Assembly (NCBI GenBank): GCA_050293845.1
Contig: JBNKNM010000190.1
Coordinates: forward strand, 1-11,065
Source: Pseudobacteriovorax sp.
GTDB lineage: Bacteria > Bdellovibrionota_B > Oligoflexia > Oligoflexales > Oligoflexaceae
Reading direction: 5' to 3'
Length of the DNA stretch: 11,065 nt
In this document: piece after piece, positions 6,219 to 11,065 of the stretch
Numbering within the stretch: position 1 is the first letter of the stretch
Layout of the letters: every line of letters starts with the position of its first letter
Translations under genes and position numbers: made by a program
The notes under the pieces: generated by a model
Told to the model about the DNA's origin: nothing
What the model saw: the letters and a program-made list of their open reading frames with translations, nothing else
Database searches by the model: none

Positions 6219-7859
6219 ATGAGCAGCATTTCGACAAAGATTGAAAAATTAACCGAACGAGTCGAACAGGCCGAGACTAAGGCCAATGAAATGAAAGACA
6301 AGAACGCCGAACTTGAGTCAAAGGTCGAGGAACTGGAAAAAGAAAAGCTAGCCCTTGTTACTAGCAATGGCAAAGCCTATGGCCGGCGCACTGATTCTAT
6401 TGAAGCAAAGGCTCTTGATCATTTTGGCTGCAAGCATCCGCAAGATTTATTTAGCATAAACACTGCGGACCCACGATATAACTGGGTGAGTAATGATGTT
6501 AAGGGTTATGTCAGGCAACTTAAGAGTGATCTTGATGTAGCGCGATGGGTATCTCAACTCTATTATGGTGAACCCCAAGACACATTTACTAGTGATAGGG
6601 ATCAAGAAAAAATTGTCACTGTTAAAGGCATCCTTGATCATAACTTTGGTAAAGATGTACTGGCCGGCAAGCTAAAAGCCCTTGGTACAGAAATCGAAGG
6701 CGGTGGGGCTGAGTGGCTTAATATCGCTATATCTAGCTCTTACATCGAGGAGTTAGAGCTTGATCGTCGTGTTGAATCACTCTTTCGACAGATGCCCATG
6801 CCATCGAAGGAATACACTGTACCAAAAGTTAAAGGGCTTCAGAAGGCAAGACGTATTGGCGAAAAGGTTAAAGCGACTCCGACTAATGTTGGAACCACAA
6901 ACCTTAAACTAAACGCAGAAAAATTTGTTGAATACGTCGAAATGCCCGAAGAAGTAAACGAAGATAGTGCGCCTCCTATTCTTGCTCTGCACCGGATGGA
7001 AGCAATTGAATCCCAAGAGCGGGCTATCGAGGCGGGTATTATATCTGGTGATGCTACTCTCAATAACGATAAGACTAGTAACCACATGGATTCAGATACC
7101 CGTGATCTTAATCTTTCAGAAACGGCATGGCACGGTCTAAGAAGGCTTGCCCTTGGTAATGGCGAATATGGTGGCGTGTTAGATCTTGGTGGAAATCCAA
7201 TTTCCCCACTTGCTCTAAGGCGCATACGCGCCCAAATGGGAAAATACGGTACTAGCCCAAGGAATTTAGTTTGGCTCGTGGGTACTACAGCATACCAACA
7301 TTTCTTATCGTTACCAGGAGTCGTGACCGTTGATAAAATCACCGCAACCTTTGCTACTATCTTACGTGGTTCACTTGCTGCCTTTGACGGTATACCAATC
7401 GTAATATCTGAGTGGATGCGCGAAGACTTAAACGAAGACGGTGTTTATGACGGTGTTACCATGGATCGGCTTGGCATTATCTTAGTCAATACCTCTCGTT
7501 TTATGACTGGCCTACGTAGACCTATCATGACTCGCATTGTCCAAGACTTACCTGGATGGGATCAAACCCTAATCGGTTCATACCAGCGTAAAGCCTTTGC
7601 TGGTTGCGAGCAGGATGCCGATGAGGTCAGCGTAGTTTATGGGATTAATGGATCTAAAGACTTTGTTGCTCCTCAAACACCTACGGACCCCACAACCGCT
7701 GCTCTGCTATCAGCTATTCTACAGTCATCTAGCAATGGCGACAAAGTAAGCCCTGAAAAAACTAGAGTTAGCACAACAGCGATGCAGAAAAAAACAAGCG
7801 CCAGTAAGAAAACGGATACTGCTACAGACAAAGGAAAGATCGATGAAACTAAAGCTTAA
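6219..7859 (+). CDS. Major capsid protein, HK97 fold, with an N-terminal scaffolding (delta) domain and a low-complexity C-terminal extension
   Basis: SD AAGGAG. Coiled-coil N-terminus, then KALGT..GGGAEW, LFRQMPMPS...VP, IGE, LNAEK, EEVNEDS, IEAGIISGD, LRRIRAQMGKYG and FDGIPIVISEWM. Follows the protease. Confidence 0.93.
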   Translation: MSSISTKIEKLTERVEQAETKANEMKDKNAELESKVEELEKEKLALVTSNGKAYGRRTDSIEAKALDHFGCKHPQDLFSINTADPRYNWVSNDVKGYVRQLKSDLDVARWVSQLYYGEPQDTFTSDRDQEKIVTVKGILDHNFGKDVLAGKLKALGTEIEGGGAEWLNIAISSSYIEELELDRRVESLFRQMPMPSKEYTVPKVKGLQKARRIGEKVKATPTNVGTTNLKLNAEKFVEYVEMPEEVNEDSAPPILALHRMEAIESQERAIEAGIISGDATLNNDKTSNHMDSDTRDLNLSETAWHGLRRLALGNGEYGGVLDLGGNPISPLALRRIRAQMGKYGTSPRNLVWLVGTTAYQHFLSLPGVVTVDKITATFATILRGSLAAFDGIPIVISEWMREDLNEDGVYDGVTMDRLGIILVNTSRFMTGLRRPIMTRIVQDLPGWDQTLIGSYQRKAFAGCEQDADEVSVVYGINGSKDFVAPQTPTDPTTAALLSAILQSSSNGDKVSPEKTRVSTTAMQKKTSASKKTDTATDKGKIDETKA

Positions 7860-8055
7860 ACGAGGGGCGAAAGCCCCCTTTCTTATCGCAACCCCAGAAT
7901 GCTCCTATAATTGGAGGCCAGGAGAAACAAAAAACGTTCCTCACGAGATTGGTCAAATTTTGTTAGATCGCTACCCTGAACTATTTGTGGCTAGTAAACA
8001 AAAATTCGAGAATAAAAAATACAAAACCAATAGGTATGAGAAAAAGCATGCTTAA
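7843..8055 (+). CDS. Small basic hypothetical protein downstream of the capsid gene, 70 aa
   Basis: SD AAGGA (7831-7835). Overlaps the capsid stop and the next start. The pattern PGETKNVP..IG..LL is typical of small post-capsid genes. Confidence 0.75.
   Translation: MKLKLKRGAKAPFLIATPECSYNWRPGETKNVPHEIGQILLDRYPELFVASKQKFENKKYKTNRYEKKHA
7862..7884 (+). terminator. Candidate intrinsic terminator/attenuator right after the capsid stop codon
   Basis: GGGGC-GAAA-GCCCC stem-loop (7864-7877, GNRA tetraloop) followed by CTTTCTTAT, 4 nt after TAA 7859. Confidence 0.6.
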
Positions 8056-8617
8056 TCTTGTCACGGTAAAAGAAATGCTCAGCTATCTTCGCATCCCTGA
8101 AGATGCCGCCGATGAGACTTTAAAAGCTAGTATTTTGTCGGCCATTGAGGATGCAAGCAGCACCATTGAGCAAATTACGGGTAGAAAACTTTCGTTTCAA
8201 ACTCACAGGCAAACTTTTGACGGGAGGCGGTCTAACCGCCTTCTTGTCCGTGAGTATCCTCTTAAAAGTGTAATATCACTCACCATTGATAAAGTGGAGT
8301 ACAAGGGCAGCCTCTTTATAGAAGATGAGCAAACAGTCGTCTTTGATACAATGTTTCCCCTTGGGGTACAAAACATAGTCCTTGTCTATACGGCTGGCTA
8401 TGAGGCAATCCCTGGTATTCTTAAGAGAGCTTGCAGAATCCTTGCAGGATGGTTTCTAAAGATTGAAGAAACCGGACTTATTGGACGAACGGGCGCAAGC
8501 AAAAATGGTGAATCTGTTAGCACACCAAACCATATCCCAAAGGTAGTTTATGAACTCTTGCATCCATTTATTAGGCAGGAATTTCCCCTAGGAGATAGGT
8601 CCATTGGCAGCATTTGA
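8048..8617 (+). CDS. Head-tail connector / head-completion protein (HK97 gp6 / SPP1 gp15 / phiE125 gp8-like), 189 aa
   Basis: N-terminal LVTVKEMLSYLRI, IEDASSTIEQITGR, VYTAGY..IP..LK.A and IP..V..LL.PF. ATG 8048 is preferred over GTG 7985 because it overlaps the upstream stop and gives the canonical N-terminus. Confidence 0.88.
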   Translation: MLNLVTVKEMLSYLRIPEDAADETLKASILSAIEDASSTIEQITGRKLSFQTHRQTFDGRRSNRLLVREYPLKSVISLTIDKVEYKGSLFIEDEQTVVFDTMFPLGVQNIVLVYTAGYEAIPGILKRACRILAGWFLKIEETGLIGRTGASKNGESVSTPNHIPKVVYELLHPFIRQEFPLGDRSIGSI

Positions 8618-9080
8618 TAAGGGTGAATATGAAAAGCTTATGGCAAAGCTAGAGACGATTGTCAAAAGGGCCAACTCTGATAGTAGCGATATGAGCGAGG
8701 TCCTTTTAGCAGCGGCTAGGATTATCGAGCTAGAAGCTAAGCTAAATGTAAGGGAATTACAGCTTGTTAGAAATGACAACTCGATCATGAAAGCAATTGA
8801 GTCTCGGCTAGTAAATTCCCAAAGGGCAGAGGTCGGAACCTTCGATCATCGTTTCGCCCATGTCTACGAGCATGGCCTACCATTTACCGACAATATGCGT
8901 AAGGCTATGTTTTACAAATTAAGAGTTTCTGAAAGATTTAGAGAAAACTATAGCTCAAAGGAACGAATTGATATGCAGAGGGGAGCCTACCGAAGAGCGG
9001 CATATCTTGGTCCAGCCCTTGAGACAAAGAGGGAGGAAGTTTTAAAAATTCTACTTGAAAGGTTCACACGTGGGCTTTGA
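8604..9080 (+). CDS. HK97 gp10-like neck / tail-completion protein
   Basis: Pattern AA..IE.EAK, EVGT....AHVYEHG and YLGPALE. SD GGAG (8591-8594) before TTG. Position between connector and terminator. Confidence 0.78.
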   Translation: MAAFDKGEYEKLMAKLETIVKRANSDSSDMSEVLLAAARIIELEAKLNVRELQLVRNDNSIMKAIESRLVNSQRAEVGTFDHRFAHVYEHGLPFTDNMRKAMFYKLRVSERFRENYSSKERIDMQRGAYRRAAYLGPALETKREEVLKILLERFTRGL

Positions 9081-9507
9081 AAAGTCAGATCAGACTATCA
9101 TTATAGAAAGGTTGACTGAGGTATTATCTTCTACCCCAGCCATAAGGAAAGTCGAATATAAGGGTCTCAGACTTAACTTTGAAGACTGGCACGATTACGA
9201 GCTTCCTGCAATCCAGTTTTATGATGCTGGCGACTCAGCAAAACATGATCGAGACTATTTGACTGTAGACTGGTTAGTGAACCTTGAGCTTATTCTTAAA
9301 ACGACGCAGCGAGGGGTTGTAGATCAAACCACTCTTTATGACTTTAGAAAAAAGGTTATTACGGAAATTTGGAACAGCCGGAAACTCGGCCTAAGTCAAA
9401 TCACCAGTATTGAATATAAGAAAAATCAGACTGGGATACATGTACTTGATCCTTATTACTGGTCAACCTTGCAGATCATGATTAGCTACAGAGAGCGGAT
9501 TAGATAG
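9070..9507 (+). CDS. Probable tail terminator protein (lambda gpU / SPP1 gp17 / T5 p142-like)
   Basis: About 145 aa with ELPAIQFYD and a terminal LQIMISY strand. Directly before the tail tube gene. GTG 9070 (SD GAAAGG) is preferred; the track gives TTG 9055. Confidence 0.72.
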   Translation: MGFEKSDQTIIIERLTEVLSSTPAIRKVEYKGLRLNFEDWHDYELPAIQFYDAGDSAKHDRDYLTVDWLVNLELILKTTQRGVVDQTTLYDFRKKVITEIWNSRKLGLSQITSIEYKKNQTGIHVLDPYYWSTLQIMISYRERIR

Positions 9508-9520
9508 TATTCGTAACTCC

Positions 9521-9599
9521 TATTTTTTCCATATAGCTGTTTTTACCTTAAAAATTCGCCTTGATAATAACAACTTTGGGATAACCGATTATTTTTTCC
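9521..9599 (+). repeat. 10-nt direct repeat TATTTTTTCC (9521-9530 and 9590-9599) in the spacer before the tail tube gene
   Basis: Two exact copies read from the sequence; low complexity. Confidence 0.4.
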
Positions 9600-9638
9600 T
9601 CTCCCAGCCTCCTATCCTTGAGACCGGAGGGAAGTTCG

Positions 9639-10883
9639 ATGAAAAACTATGCTGCTATATATGAAGATCAAGGCGATGCAAGTTCACTAGAGCAAAAGTG
9701 GTTTATTAAAGAAGAGGCCACTAGAGGTGTACTTACTGCACCGGGTAATAGCGATTATTTCCTTGCTCAAAACGGCGGATCAATTGAATACACCCAAACC
9801 ATAGAATCATCGGAACAAAAGTCAGGCCGCCATCATAAAACGCCAATAGAGCAGCGAGAAACAACAGACTGGTCATTTACAACCTTCTGCAATATCGATC
9901 TTTCCGCAACCGATGGACAAAGCTCAATCGATAGGGCCATTAGAACCCTCTATAAAAATATGTTTGGTAATGAGTCAGTTAGCGGTGGGATCATAGCATT
10001 TGATTCCACCATAGCCCCACAAAAAACATTCTCCATTTTTGAGATTGCAGATATTCACTCGAATCAGGTTTTTGGCGCGATTCCCGAAGCGGTAAACCTA
10101 AACTTTCCTGGCGATGGACAACCCATGCAAGAATGGTCAGGGTTTGCTAAGTCAGCTCTACTTGTGGGGATCGGTAAGTCAACGATTGATAACACTGGAG
10201 GCAATACTTTCGAGTTAGAAAACGGTGAAGGTGAGCTATTCCCGGTAGATGCTTATGTCATGATAGTGGGTAGTGATGGTGTAACAAGACTAGATGGCAC
10301 AAGCAACGGACCGCGACAAGTAGAGGATCGACAGGGTGATACCATCATTTTATCGGGTGAACCCCTAGCAGCTAGTGATGGCTCAACAAATGCTATTTAC
10401 CTTGTCTATTGGGAGCCAGAAAATACTAAAGCAATTGACAATATTCAAACAGGCATCGGTAATGGAGAGATTACCATTGCAGGAATAGATCCAAGAGCGG
10501 GTGAACTTGATAATTCTATTCGCTCTCTTTCCATAAACTGCACTAATAACCACGAACGAATCGATTACGTTTATGGTAAAAAAGGTCTCGGTGATACTGT
10601 GTTTAATGCAGCAGGTCGTCTTACTTGTGAATTGACGATGGAGATTAACCTCAACCGTAGGCTCTTGCAGTATATCATCGGGCGACGAAGGTTTGAGGGA
10701 ACAAATATCAATATAAAACTTGGCGATCTTTATGGTCGTCACCTCTCGGTTGAGATCCCGCGCTTTATTGCTAATGTCCCAACTATTCCTATACCAGATA
10801 CCGGCTCCATACCTGTGAGCTTTACCGGAAACCTATATCAAAGCCTAATCCCCGGCGATGAAATAACAATTAAGTTCAACTAA
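9639..10883 (+). CDS. Major tail tube protein (siphovirus type), 414 aa, with a probable inserted beta domain
   Basis: Strong SD GGAGG (9626-9630) favours ATG 9639 over TTG 9618. Acidic, Gly/Thr-rich; patterns FIKEE..RG, TFSIFE, SLSINCTNN and IPVSFTG. Position after the terminator; no sheath gene precedes it. Confidence 0.8.
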   Translation: MKNYAAIYEDQGDASSLEQKWFIKEEATRGVLTAPGNSDYFLAQNGGSIEYTQTIESSEQKSGRHHKTPIEQRETTDWSFTTFCNIDLSATDGQSSIDRAIRTLYKNMFGNESVSGGIIAFDSTIAPQKTFSIFEIADIHSNQVFGAIPEAVNLNFPGDGQPMQEWSGFAKSALLVGIGKSTIDNTGGNTFELENGEGELFPVDAYVMIVGSDGVTRLDGTSNGPRQVEDRQGDTIILSGEPLAASDGSTNAIYLVYWEPENTKAIDNIQTGIGNGEITIAGIDPRAGELDNSIRSLSINCTNNHERIDYVYGKKGLGDTVFNAAGRLTCELTMEINLNRRLLQYIIGRRRFEGTNINIKLGDLYGRHLSVEIPRFIANVPTIPIPDTGSIPVSFTGNLYQSLIPGDEITIKFN

Positions 10884-10892
10884 AGGAATAGT

Positions 10893-11065
10893 ATGCCTAT
10901 TAATTCGAAAATCTTTGAACAAAAACGTATCTCTGTCATTAGCTCTCTTGATGATGCCTTGGAGAGGGTTACTCCTAAAGCTTATGGTGACTACCTTAAA
11001 ACCCTCGATGAAAAGTTTTTAAATTTAAAAGAAGGAATCGAGCCAACAAGGTTCATTTTAAAAGG
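10893..11065 (+). CDS. Partial (3' end off-window) ORF, probable tail assembly chaperone
   Basis: Translated by hand: SD AAGGA then MPINSKIFEQKRISVISSLDDALERVTPKAYGDYLKTLDEKFLNLKEGIEPTRFILK, open to the edge. Product inferred from position only. Confidence 0.65.
   Translation, partial: MPINSKIFEQKRISVISSLDDALERVTPKAYGDYLKTLDEKFLNLKEGIEPTRFILK

Larger units (their letters stand above)
1..11065. mobile_element. Tailed phage / prophage (or phage-derived) head-neck-tail morphogenesis region, extending beyond both window edges
   Basis: Canonical order terL-portal-protease-capsid-neck-tail terminator-tail tube-chaperone, with overlapping or abutting genes. No recognisable host housekeeping gene. 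Confidence 0.93.

Noticed and set aside
7750..7842. +1 frame open from 7750 into the 70-aa gene, with A-runs that might allow a capsid frameshift fusion
   Set aside because: No convincing shift signal, and the small gene has its own SD and ATG; a short open stretch is expected by chance.
7985..8047. GTG 7985 start for the head-tail connector
   Set aside because: ATG 8048 gives the canonical N-terminus and stop/start coupling.
1321..10742. Short ORFs nested in or antisense to major genes (1321..1503, 2179..2382, 2379..2606, 3633..3815, 4159..4341, 4272..4517, 4388..4693, 4960..5172, 5636..5824, 5918..6148, 6179..6373, 6447..6641, 6839..7342, 8588..8788, 10383..10742)
   Set aside because: They overlap motif-supported phage genes and show no recognisable motifs; typical shadow ORFs.
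11018..11063. In-frame slippery heptamers (T TTA AAT, T TTA AAA) in the putative tail chaperone
   Set aside because: lambda G/GT-type shifts occur near the gene's 3' end. These lie at codons ~43-57 in AT-rich DNA and the rest of the gene is off-window, so they cannot be evaluated.
1..11065. CRISPR array, tRNA/rRNA, DGR repeats, introns/inteins, stop-codon recoding, contractile sheath
   Set aside because: No spaced repeats or RNA gene structures seen. terL, portal and capsid are uninterrupted in the standard code, and no sheath-like gene lies before the tube gene.

Overview
The whole window is a tailed-phage (siphovirus-type) virion morphogenesis region, arranged as two divergent operons around a 214-bp AT-rich spacer (1670-1883). 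The + strand carries a tightly coupled cluster: large terminase, HK97-type portal fused to a Mu-gpF/SPP1-gp7-like domain, HK97-type prohead protease, major capsid protein, a small basic protein, head-completion protein, HK97 gp10-like neck protein, tail terminator, tail tube protein and the start of a probable tail assembly chaperone. The - strand carries three unknown, probably virion-related genes. The third (645 to <1) is missing from the ORF track and starts with a signal-peptide-like segment. Notable points: no small terminase next to terL, a hairpin over the terL ribosome-binding site, a portal-gpF fusion with candidate Lys cleavage sites, a T5-like neck with no separate stopper gene, and a terminator hidden in the gene after the capsid. 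No integrase, replication, lysis, RNA gene or CRISPR feature is visible. The window alone cannot distinguish free phage, prophage or a domesticated GTA-like element. All family calls come from motif recognition and gene order, not database searches.
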